From Paraglomus brasilianum (lineage: Eukaryota), in the NCBI GenBank assembly GCA_910592345.1, contig CAJVPI010000242.1, forward strand, positions 1-39,682: a DNA stretch of 39,682 nt, written 5' to 3'. Positions 12,743-23,103 of this stretch are shown in pieces (the first letter of the stretch is position 1; every line of letters begins with the position of its first letter). The notes under the pieces were generated by a model that did not search any database, was not told where the DNA came from, and saw nothing but the letters and a program-made list of their open reading frames with translations. The position numbers and the translations under genes are program-made.

Positions 12743-12820
12743 CGACTTCAAGTTCTAAACGTTTCTGATCAGTCTTACTGTTCTCGACTTCAAGTTCTAA
12801 ACGTTCTGTTCAGTCTTACT
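12743..12820 (+). repeat. ~42-bp tandem duplication
   Basis: CGACTT(T)CAAGTTCTAAACGTT(T)CTG(A/T)TCAGTCTTACT at 12743 and 12785. The minus strand reads SKT(D/E)QKRLELEV with frameshifts. Confidence 0.85.
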
Positions 12821-13184
12821 CTTGGTAGTTGCTGTAGCAGCAAGTTGTGACTTGCAATTTCCTATGATAATGATACGTTTTCTGTCTAACATAATAATAA
12901 AACTGCAGCATTCAAATGTTAAATACATACCCACATGACTAGCAACTGTTATAACACGTCATAATAGAGCCACAGCTATAAATCCTCCGATGGTTTGACC
13001 CCTGCATTTCACTTGTTGCGGCCCAAAATTTTCATGTGGCGTTCATGATCCTTACTATATCATTCGGTTACATGGGTTACCAGCCACTTCTTCGTTATTC
13101 TCTCTCGTTTGCACATAGCAATATATTTAGTTCTGCACACCCACTAATAAAACATCTTACCTCCTTTCGAATATCATATTTAAA

Positions 13185-14216
13185 ATGGACGTCGACGAAC
13201 TAGCCCAATACCAAAACCAACTCGACAAAGTTGATGTCGCACTACAGTCAGATCCCCAAAACATAGAGCTTCTAAAGCTAAAGCAAGATTTAACTGAACT
13301 GATCAACCTCACAAGTGATTTGATTGATGCTGCTGAACCTAATTCTCCAAAGAAATCCCCATCTAATCCAACTTCTCCCAAATCCCAATCCCTTTCCTCT
13401 CCAACAACACCAACTAGTGCGACTAGTTCCATACCTGTATTCACAAGACCCATACAAGTAGGAGACACTTGTCTAGCACGGTGGAGCGGCGACGGGCAGT
13501 TTTATCCAGCCACAGTTACTGCTATCGGTGGTGGTGATCAAGTGTTTTCGGTCGTGTTCAAAGGTTACAATAATGTCGAGCTTGTCAACGTGCAAGACAT
13601 CAAACCGAAAGAACAGCGTGTAAACAGTAACGCAAATAATGCTAATTCCAGGAAAGCCGATAGGAAGGACAAAGATAGAGATAAAAAGAAGAAATCGGGA
13701 GATGGGCAAAAAAAGGTTAACGAGCAGGTTGTAAAACAGAAACAATGGTTAGCGTTCGCTCATTCTGCTTCAGCGGCGCCGGGTAGGAGAACAAATAAGG
13801 CCAAGAGGTTAGTGCAGCCGCCGATCAACAAGAAGAGTATTTTTGCTACGCCGGAAAATCCAGAGGGAAAAGGTAGGAATGAATGAGAGATTGGTTTAAT
13901 TGTTGTTGGTTTTTCTTTCTTTTTTTGAAAGAAGTTCGATGAATGAGGAAATCAGATATATTCTAACCAGTAAGATATGAAACATCAAAACATCAATTAT
14001 TCTCTACTGTTTATACTCTAATGCTATTACGAATTTTGTTTTTTTTTTTTTTTTTTGCTAATTCAATCTGTCATTCTTCATTTCCGCTCTCCTTTCACCA
14101 TCCTCATTCTCTTCTCATACCAAACACATTTTATTCTCTTAGTCGGAGTGGTGGGCAGTGGTAGACCTATGACGCAATTTCAACAACGGGGTAAACACAT
14201 CTTCGATCGCGACTAG
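13185..14216 (+). CDS. SPF30: Survival-motor-neuron-related splicing factor 30 (Tudor domain), 2 exons (13185-13872, 14143-14216)
   Basis: N-terminal YQNQLDKVDVALQSDPQNIELLKLKQDLTELINLT, Tudor VGDTCLARWSGDGQFYPATV..FKGYNN, and the spliced C-terminus KKSIFATPENPEGKVGVVGSGRPMTQFQQRGKH. Confidence 0.95.
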
Positions 14217-15665
14217 AAATCATTCTGAACTGTTTGCTAACATTGGTGGCGTCGTAGTTAATGTCGTGAGTGATATTTTAAAATAAGATAATTACCAACA
14301 CCAACATCAACACCAACACTAACACCAACAATAATATACTATAATCGACTCAGCAAGAGATAAACATTTATTTTCGGTTACTGGTGCCTTTTCCCGTTGT
14401 TAATGGGATGAAATTTTGATAAAAAATGTTGTTGCTTTTTTCTTTGTTTGAGATTGGGTATTTGTCTCTGGTTTACAATTTTTTTTTCTTTTTCTTTTCT
14501 TTTTTTCCTACCCGATTAGGGATTGTGTAAAGACATCGTAACTCCGTGTATATTTCTGTTTAGTACCCTTAGTTTCTCTCTCCTGCCCGCTCGAGAAAAG
14601 AACAAGAATCAATGTGCAGAGATAATGAGTTCAGCGAATTACCCGGTAAACTCAAGAGTAATCTCAATACTGTACTTTAATCTTGTCTTCTCTCGATTAT
14701 TTTCACTTGGACTGCTTGTCTACCCAACATCTTAGTTTGCATATTGTCGTCTTCATTTTGCTCATTTTCTCTTTATCCTTTCCTCAACCTGTGATTCATC
14801 TACTCTTTTTTTTTTCTCTTTAATTCCGCTGATTTTCTCATGAAGACTGATCCATCAAAATACTCGAATGGCAAAGGAACAATTACTGCCCATACTTTAC
14901 GTCGTCAAGTGGGAATTTTGAACGTGAGGTTGAGTTTAGAGTGAAACACATGAGGGTATTATTTCTTCTGATTTTCCCCCTACAAAAAAATTCTTTTCTT
15001 TGAGCATTATCGGACTTTTGAACGAGAATTTCTTTTTCTATAATTCAACTCGATTGAATATCATATCGACACCACCTCTGAAGCACTGAATTGAATACCG
15101 TCTCTGGTTATCCATTGGTTGCCATTGATTAGTCTGTAAGAGTTTCAGTCTCTGCTTTCATCCAAGACATTAGTCTTTTATTTAAGCAAAGGTAATCGAT
15201 TTTCTTTTCCTTCTTGTTATATATTTATATTTCATTCATAGTTTTGTTTAGTTTATTTTCTATTGGAACTGATTTGTCTAGTTTTTTTTTCCCTTTTTCA
15301 CTCTCGATGCCTTAGATGTAAAGAGAGTGGTGATTGAAAAGGTATTGATTGTAAAGAGTAGGAGAGTGTAGTTTAAATAAAGCTTATGTCTAGAAATGAA
15401 CATGTTTTGAAGCCATTTTATATATCAAATGAAGAACAAACATGCACATTCTTTCTCTCTTTGCATAAGTTGTGCTCGACCAAACAAACATCGCAAGCGA
15501 GACGGATCAAGCAAGAGGGAAAGCTAAATCCTTCTCATCCAATGACTGTTTCCTAGTCAACATCACCATTCATATTTACAAACAAACAATAACAAATTTA
15601 TTTCCAATATTTACGAATAAAATATTATGATTTACATGTCGATTAAAAGGTATGCAAAAGTGCAT

Positions 15666-17604
15666 TTACTGATATTCCTAAAAATAGCGATACAGTTAGT
15701 ATTGTGCTTACTTTTATCCTCACTGTTGACAGTAAAATAATCTTACCGTGAACCGTTCAGGAAAGACCACTGGAGCCACAAGCGTCCATGCAAATATCAG
15801 CAGACAAACCCAACTAGAAACTGTCTTAACCCACACGGCAGTATAACTCTGCCCTATGATTACCAATTCATCAGAATTCGAGGTGCTTATTGTGTTCCTA
15901 TGAGAGAGGTGAGGTGGGAGGGAGAACGCAAAAGAAAATGGGTATGAGATAAGGAATGACAAACGCGTAAGGAATAACCTAACAGCAATGCTTTAATCCA
16001 CTCACCAGTTGGTCAATAACATCGCAACGTACATAGCTGCGATAGCGAAAACAACATGAAAGAATGCATAGCTATACGCTACTCCATTCCTCTCATCATC
16101 TCTGCCATCATAAACATCGTCCTCGTCATCGTCATCATCCAGAGCCGAATGCGGTATCGCTCCACTCTCAACGGCAGCCAACAAGGCGTCGGAACGCCCC
16201 GAGGAGGATGAGGATCCGTTGGGGATGTTAGTAACAAGTGGAACAGCAGTGGCGGTATTCAAAGGATGGTAATCTGATTTAGTAATTAATGCCTTGCCTT
16301 GTGTTGCTGCGCGGGACGTGGAGTATGCAATTGCAAGGAATGTGAATAGTGCACCCGTAATCATTGTTGCTGTCTGAGTGCCACGAGAGCGTATCAACGG
16401 ATTACAAAAATGATCGTCTGGTTCGTTGACCACAGCGCTAGCGATGAGATAGGTCGAGTAAATCACTACCATCGAAGATTGTGACAGTCCGGATTGAGAG
16501 TTCTGCTCTTGCACAGTGGGGTGGACAGACAAAAAGGTGACTAGACAGCAGAGAATTAAATTGAACGTAATGAAGAATTGATTCATGTGACATTGAGAGC
16601 CGGCGAAGTATTTGTACATGAGAATGGTTAAAATGAGAGCTCCGATGTAGAGAGTGAGAGTGGATCCAATCAAAATATATTTCCATTTGTTGTCACCAGA
16701 TTCGTCCCATCTCTCTAAGCATTTCTCGTTCCATGTGTACGCGCAGTCGACTAGAAGGACCAAGCCAAAGAGAATAAATAGTGTGGCTCCGATTATGGCC
16801 ATATAGTTCCCCCAGAACATGAAAAATTCGTTTGGAATAAAAAAGCACACTATTACGAATGTTATCCAAAGGAGAATCTTGGGGCCCCACCAGCTGTAAT
16901 GAATAAACAAACCGTGAGGAATGAATCGGCAATAAATTGCATCTATCTGTGAATGAATCAGAGTTGACGGCTATTTACCCATTCTGAATGGATGCTCGTT
17001 TATCTCTCGTATTGTGAACCCCGATAACTAATAAACCAAGTATAAAATGAAACAATGACAAAGCAAAACATATTCGATGTACCTATACATAAGATGAAAG
17101 ACCAATCAATTCTCAAGAACATTTTTTATAGTAATCAAATTGAGTCTGTTTCGTTTGCTTACCGCAAGCACTCCATAACAAGTTCCTTCCTGGCAATTCA
17201 GATGTAGATAGTCATATGTCATCTTCTCTAACTGCCTTATCGCCCAATCTGACAGCATGAACCATGCTAACTACAGTATGGAAAAAGATGTATACATATA
17301 TGAGCATCCAAAACGACTAATCTTTGAAGAAGAAGAATAGTTTACATTACCATAGAGTTCAATAAAAATATTATCTGCATGAACGCGGATGCAAGGAATA
17401 CTCGTAAGTCATGACATATACTTTATGTTCGTTTCGAAATTAAACCAACTAACATACCGCAAACCCAACTCTGGTTGCAATGGAATTGTTACAATTACAA
17501 GACTTGCATGCGAGTGTGCAAGCAGCGGCAGAGAAACATGAAACAATAGTTGAGCCTATCCAGGAGGCAGCCCCTAAGCCGAGACAGCTGAGTCCTACAC
17601 CCAT
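15666..17604 (-). CDS. TMS1: Serine incorporator (SERINC/TMS1) membrane protein, multi-exon
   Basis: ATG at 17604 (MGVGLSCLG..CKSCNCNNSIATRVGF). Motifs CYGVLAVHR, WWGPKILLW, SGLSQSSMVVIYSTYL, YSYAFFHVVFAIAAMYVAMLLTNW, VWVKTVSSW..WTLVAPVVFPERF. Confidence 0.96.
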
Positions 17605-18222
17605 GGTTAATAATATAGTCAAGAGAAGGAAGGTATAGCAAAAGGTGATCTATTTAATGGAAACGCCTTATAGTCACACGATCAGTTTGGTGACACTATA
17701 TGCAGTTTTGTAAACGTCAAATATGAGGTACTAACCAAGGATATAAAAGAGAATTTGCTCAGTCGAAATTCTGTTGGTAACATGTTTAATCTCATATTGC
17801 ACAGCAAATTGAAGAATGGAGCAAGAAATTCATTGTTTACTGTTATAATATGATTCAACGATCAAGACGAGAGCTGTTATAATTATATTTGTAATGATCG
17901 TTATAGCTTAGGTAGGATGATCAAGCATTTCTATTAGAACGACATTCTTTGTTGGCAATGTTGATAAAATCTCACAACACTTTGGTGATATATTTCACCA
18001 AATGCTTGCGTTCGTGGTGATATCTTCACATTCTTGACATTTCCTTCAGAATCTACAGGGCTTGTCTGCTTCCATCAATGCTATTTCCTTTGCTTAAGAG
18101 TTCAGAGCTCACTTTGTATAATTCCCTGATTCTGTAACACGTTGATGTGATACAAATGACTGTGTTGGGAGAAATCATAAAAATGCAAATACTTGTAAAC
18201 TGTCGTTATTTTAGGTTACAGA

Positions 18223-19001
18223 ATGGTATACGTTTTGTGCAATTTGCTGGCCGACAATGCACGAGAGTATATCATGACAGCAGATTACGCACTAGTGGGT
18301 TGGTTTGATCTTGGATGTATGTTTGTTTTAGCAAGCGTGATTGCATTACTGGTGAGCAGTTGAGAAGATTTTGGGTGAGAGAAATCGAGTTTGAAAACAT
18401 TGACGGGACTTTTTCTGTTTTTCCGTTGGAAAAAAGAATAACTTTGTTGTTAAGTATGCGATTGGTGCGGTTATGATTTCGATCTGGATCTGGCGAAAGT
18501 GCAATATAGTGAAGGAAGGTAAATTAGATTTGAGCACAGTAGTTGATCCTGCAATTTTGTTGTCTGCCCTTTTTGACAGTAACTAATTCCTGTGCTTTGC
18601 CGCCTGTTTATTAATATAGAGAGCATTCTCATCGTACGGGATCTTGGTGTACAAGTGAAGACTGTATATATGGATGGTCGATGTATCTCACACTTTATTG
18701 ATCATTCTCGCATAGCTGATATCATCATCAACGAAGGTATTACTATGTTGCAGGTGAAATTCTATATGGCAATTATCGTTGAAGGCCAAGATCGCATGGT
18801 AATTGTGTTTGAGGTAGGGATATCTGCTAATATTATCATGCGTATTGTTGTTAACCCAGCGTCCACAAATACTTACTTTTATCGAAACCCATACAGCATT
18901 TATTACCACGTTTGAGCATTCTTCTAAGAGTGTATCGTGGAACAAGAGCAATTATATTTAATGAGACTGATGAACCAATGCATCCAAATAGCTTTGTCTA
19001 A
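18223..19001 (+). CDS. GPI15: GPI-GlcNAc transferase subunit PIG-H/Gpi15, ~4 exons
   Basis: Two hydrophobic segments, then VKEESILIVRDLGVQVKT..DIIINEGI..VKFYMAIIV..IVFE|HLLPRLSILLRVYRG. The start is uncertain. It is divergent from the SERINC gene, with ~620 bp between the start codons. Confidence 0.9.
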
Positions 19002-20138
19002 AGATAAACTACGTACTTTGCGGTATATACTTCTCTTTACACATGACCGTCGACGCTAGCTGGATAGCTCACGCAAGATTCTCTGTCTGAACGATAAAGC
19101 GTCAGTACTGTAAACTCACGAACGGTCACTAAAAGATCTTCGGCTAAGATTAAAATATAGCACGTATACTACACCAAGAAAGGAGGCGCCACTCAACAGG
19201 ATTCGAATCCCTTTATCTATACCAGTTTATCTTTATCACGGTTATTACACCTATTCGACGCACACTGAGTTGATACATCCTCTATCAAAAATTCGCGCGG
19301 AGCTTCGGAATTTGAAACGTATACGTCAAAGTCTGACAAAAAGTTCGGATTCGATATTAATAACATTATGTAGGTTAAATAGCAAGTGGCCGAGTTAATA
19401 GATTATGTACTGTCATATAAAGAAGTCACGTTTTTATTAAACTAGCTCATTGTAGAAACGGAAGGTGTATTTCTACCAAGTATATTAATTCTAATACCCA
19501 AATCAATCGCGATATACAAAAGAACACAACTGGGCTGCCAATATCAAAGATGATGTCCATATTGAGCAACCAAGGGGGTTAAAATGGAGCATCTCTTTAT
19601 TATGGCATTGTTCTGAAGGACGTGAGTGGTATAAAGAGTAAGGTCCATTCTGTCTTAAATACTTTTTAAGGGGAAAGGCTATGTCGTGAAATTACGGTAC
19701 ACTTTCGCCAAATCGTAACCTGATTTTCTTGATAACATCAGAATATCCAAATGTTTAGAACTCGATAATTCTATTATGAATTTGGCCTTGCTATCGAAAT
19801 TGCGTCAAAATTCCGTCAGTGAGGGCGCCATAATAATTTCAACTTACTAAAGCTTATATTGAATCACTCAAGTCTAAGAAAGTAAAAGTTTGTTCCATTC
19901 ATGTTTCTTTTTTGAGTCAAGTTTTTCAGCTCTGTTAATGCTTTGTGTCATTGCAAGTCTGGTTGCGTTAATAATAATGTGCATGTAGAAGAGCAGGAGT
20001 TGCTTGTAGCTCTCGCTGCCATCTTTCAAGAAATTGTAAATAACAGATTTACCTGCCAGGTCGCACAACCCGACATGTCGTACAGTGAGCCGATTATCGG
20101 AATTTATAAGGAGCCCCGGCAATCCCGACATTGCCAAA

Positions 20139-20594
20139 ATGAAAGTTTCATCAAATCAACAAGCAAGCATAAAATCAATTATTCTTATCCTTGCCTTGAG
20201 TACAATAGTGGCTGCAGTTCCTGCAAGTAAGCCGCCCTCGAAACATAACGCAACTGCCGGTTGTACCGGAACGTTTGGCGACATTCAAAAATCGAGCACG
20301 GGCGGTGTGGAAGCTTACTTGACAATAGTATGCGATGTTGAAACCGTCGTTACTGTAGATACTTACTATATGGCCATAGTAACTTATTGGTACATTATCT
20401 CATTGGCTGATATAACAACAAAGAGCCCAAGTCCTCTCACATTTACAGTTTCTCCTGGTACTTCCGCGACTTTTATCGTGCCTGGAGATGGATGTTATCC
20501 TAAATCAACTTATGAGGCCTATGCAAAAGTTTGGATTGGACAAAGTGGTTATCTAAGCGATTCTAAAACGATGCGGCCCATAACGGGATGTTAA
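20139..20594 (+). CDS. Small secreted 4-Cys beta-rich protein, paralog 1 (151 aa, intronless)
   Basis: ATG at 20139 is conserved in the paralog. Signal-peptide-like IKSIILILALSTIVAA, NAT sequon, 4 Cys including the C-terminal residue, and TTTATAAG ~35 bp upstream. Confidence 0.85.
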   Translation: MKVSSNQQASIKSIILILALSTIVAAVPASKPPSKHNATAGCTGTFGDIQKSSTGGVEAYLTIVCDVETVVTVDTYYMAIVTYWYIISLADITTKSPSPLTFTVSPGTSATFIVPGDGCYPKSTYEAYAKVWIGQSGYLSDSKTMRPITGC

Positions 20595-20788
20595 TAGACT
20601 ATACTTGCTTCAACCTTTTACGTTCTGACTTTGTATATTTACTATGTATTTTATTATAATCTAGTCGATGTGCATAATAAATTATTTAAGCCTAACCTTC
20701 TTTGCTTACTGTCTATTTCTATTTTAGGCTGGTAGATGGATTATCGTTATCCAATGCCTGAATTAGAATGGCTGAAAATCTGCTGTTC

Positions 20789-20862
20789 TTCTGTCTATGT
20801 ACTGCTGTCTAAAAACAGCTTTAGCAGTTTTCTGTAGTTGTCAATAAAGATCTCATATTATC
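20789..20862 (+). mobile_element. 74-bp 5'-truncated retroposed (LINE/SINE-like) insert with 15-bp target-site duplication
   Basis: Flanked by GAAAATCTGCTGTTC at 20774-20788 and 20863-20877. The paralogous unit has a single copy (21900-21914). The insert ends in AATAAA..TATTAT. Confidence 0.7.
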
Positions 20863-21193
20863 GAAAATCTGCTGTTCAAAACATTCATGTTTCTTTTTGA
20901 GTCAAGTTTTTCAGCTCTGTTAATGCTTTGTGTCATTGCAAGTGTGGTTGCGTTAATAATCGATGTGCAGAAGTCCGGCTACAATCAGGAAGGAACCTGC
21001 CAGGTCGCACAACCTGACACGTCGTACAGTCCATAACATTTCTATTTATAGAGGAGAATGCCCAATGAAGGGATAATATTTGAGCCTGTATGACCTGGCA
21101 CATGGCAGGTAAATTCGGTTTAGAATATTCGATCTAGTAACTCGAAATTTATAAGGAGCCCTCGAACCGGACAAAACCAATTCTATTGCCAAA

Positions 21194-21676
21194 ATGAAAG
21201 TTTCATCAAGTCAACAAGCAAGCATAAAATCAATTATTCTTCTCATTTTTATCCTTGCCTTGAGTACGGTAGTGGCTGCAGTTCCTGCAAGTAAGCCGCC
21301 CTCGAAAAATATCAAATATAACGCAACTACCGTGTATGGAGGTTGTACCGGAACGTTTGGCGACATTCAAAAATCGAGCACGGGCGGTGTGGAAGCTTAC
21401 TTGACAATAGTATGCGATGTTGAAACCGTCGTTACTGTAGATACTTACTATATGGCTATATACACTTATTACCCCTCCAACTCATTGATTATTATATCAA
21501 CAACGAGCCCAAGTCCTCTCGCATTTACAGTTTCTCCTGGTACTTCCGCGGTTTTTATCGTGCCTGGAGCTGGATGTTATTTTAAAACAACTTATTATGC
21601 CTTTGCAAGAGTTTGGATTGGACAAAGTGGTTATCTAAGAGATTTTAAATTGATGCGGCCCATAACGGGATGTTAA
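21194..21676 (+). CDS. Small secreted 4-Cys beta-rich protein, paralog 2 (160 aa, intronless)
   Basis: Same architecture as 20139-20594. Open frame, with only in-frame indels relative to paralog 1. Confidence 0.87.
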   Translation: MKVSSSQQASIKSIILLIFILALSTVVAAVPASKPPSKNIKYNATTVYGGCTGTFGDIQKSSTGGVEAYLTIVCDVETVVTVDTYYMAIYTYYPSNSLIIISTTSPSPLAFTVSPGTSAVFIVPGAGCYFKTTYYAFARVWIGQSGYLRDFKLMRPITGC

Positions 21677-22090
21677 TAAAGCATACATAAGACTATGCTT
21701 GCTTCAAAAACTTTTACGTTCTGACTTTGTATATTTACTGTGTTTTATTATAACCTAGTCTATTTCAATGTATTTCCTCGATGGTTGCGTAATAAATTAT
21801 TTAAGCCTAACCTTCTTTGCTTACCGTCTATTTCTATTTTGGACTGGTAGATGGATTATCCAATACCTGAATTAGAATGGGGTGTGGGTTAGACGTTCTG
21901 AAAATCTGTTGTTCAAAACATCTGTCCCATTATCGGACTCTTGTCTTCAGTGTCTCAATTCTCACAATATTGTTTTGTCGCATACCAAGCTTTACATGCT
22001 ACCAATCATCTTCCAGGAATCCATATTGTTAATCATTGGCTAATAATATCAATCTTCGCCATCTAGTCTAATCTTGCAACTTTCCCACTT

Positions 22091-23103
22091 ATGGCTGACG
22101 TCGAGAAGATAAAAAATTTCGTGAAGTAGGTGAGCATAATTAAATAATGAGATAAATAAAATTGGTGACCGCAGGACGATTAAAAGATTGCAATTGTACA
22201 AGGTAACTATCTAACCTGTCTGTCTTAATATAATAACGGAACCATTTAGGGCCATACCAGACTTTCCCAAAGAGGTAAACTGTAAAAACTATTGTTATTC
22301 ACGACATGAATACAACTTGTATGAAAGCCAACTCTTAATTTCCTAGGGGATTATATTTCGTGACATATTTCCAATATTCCGTGACCCAAGTGCTGTAGAG
22401 GCGTTACTTACACATATTGCCCATCATGTTCAATCGACAACGAATGAAAAAATCGATGTTGTTTTAGGTAACTCGATGGAGTATATTACAAGTGGGTCTC
22501 GATATTACAACACGCTCGGTTCCAACCCAAATGGTCACTATTATCGAGTATGTCCTTATATCGAGAACTATACGACAACTAAGCAATATAAATTTTTTGT
22601 TCTACAATTTCTGTCGTTATAACAGAATGTCGTTATATAGCAGTGTCGTTATATCGAGACTCACTTGTATATGCAAAGAGGTTGGTTCTTACCTTTTGCG
22701 AGTGGGTCTCATCACTTACTTACTTTCCTACATTTATTGACACTCCCCCCTAGGCCTTGATGCCCGCGGCTTCCTTTTCGGTCCATTGCTTGCTTTACGT
22801 CTACACGCCTCATTCGCACCCATCCGCAAGAAGGGTAAACTACCCGGTTCGATAATCTCTGCGGCATACACTAAGGAATACGGTGTCGACGAATTTGAGA
22901 TTCAGGCTGATGCGATTCAGGGGGGACAGAACGTAATAATTATAGATGATTTAATTGCAACGGGTGGGAGTGCATATGCTGCAAAGGAGCTTGTGGAGAA
23001 GGCAGGCGGACGGGTGGTGGAGTTTGTGTTTGTGATTGAATTGGTCGACTTGAAGGGAAGGGACAAATTGGGCGGAAACGTGTACTCGGTTATACAATAT
23101 TAA
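22091..23103 (+). CDS. APT1: Adenine phosphoribosyltransferase, 4 exons
   Basis: Spliced motifs IPDFPKEGIIFRDIFP, GLDARGFLFG, IRKKGKLPG, YTKEYG and the PRPP loop VIIIDDLIATGGS. Confidence 0.97.
22489..22667. mobile_element. Tc1/mariner-pogo-type MITE in APT1 intron 3 (179 bp)
   Basis: ~25-bp TIRs CAAGTG(G/A)GTCTCGATAT(T/A)AC(A/G)ACAC with TA on both sides, plus internal GTCGTTATA repeats. Confidence 0.88.

Larger units (their letters stand above)
19896..21921 (+). repeat. ~1 kb direct tandem duplication (unit 1 19896-20884, unit 2 20882-21921)
   Basis: CATTCATGTTTCTTTTTGAGTCAAGTTTTTCAGCTCTG starts both units. Both end in GAAAATCTG(C/T)TGTTCAAAACAT, and the 3' flanks of the two ORFs are near-identical. 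Confidence 0.95.

Noticed and set aside
14500..15300. Small ORFs or ncRNA between SPF30 and SERINC
   Set aside because: T-rich UTR-like sequence with no supportable snoRNA/tRNA structure or coding motif.
20139..21676. Diversity-generating retroelement (template/variable repeat) explanation for the paralog differences
   Set aside because: The differences are not restricted to adenines, both copies are full ORFs, and no reverse transcriptase is nearby.
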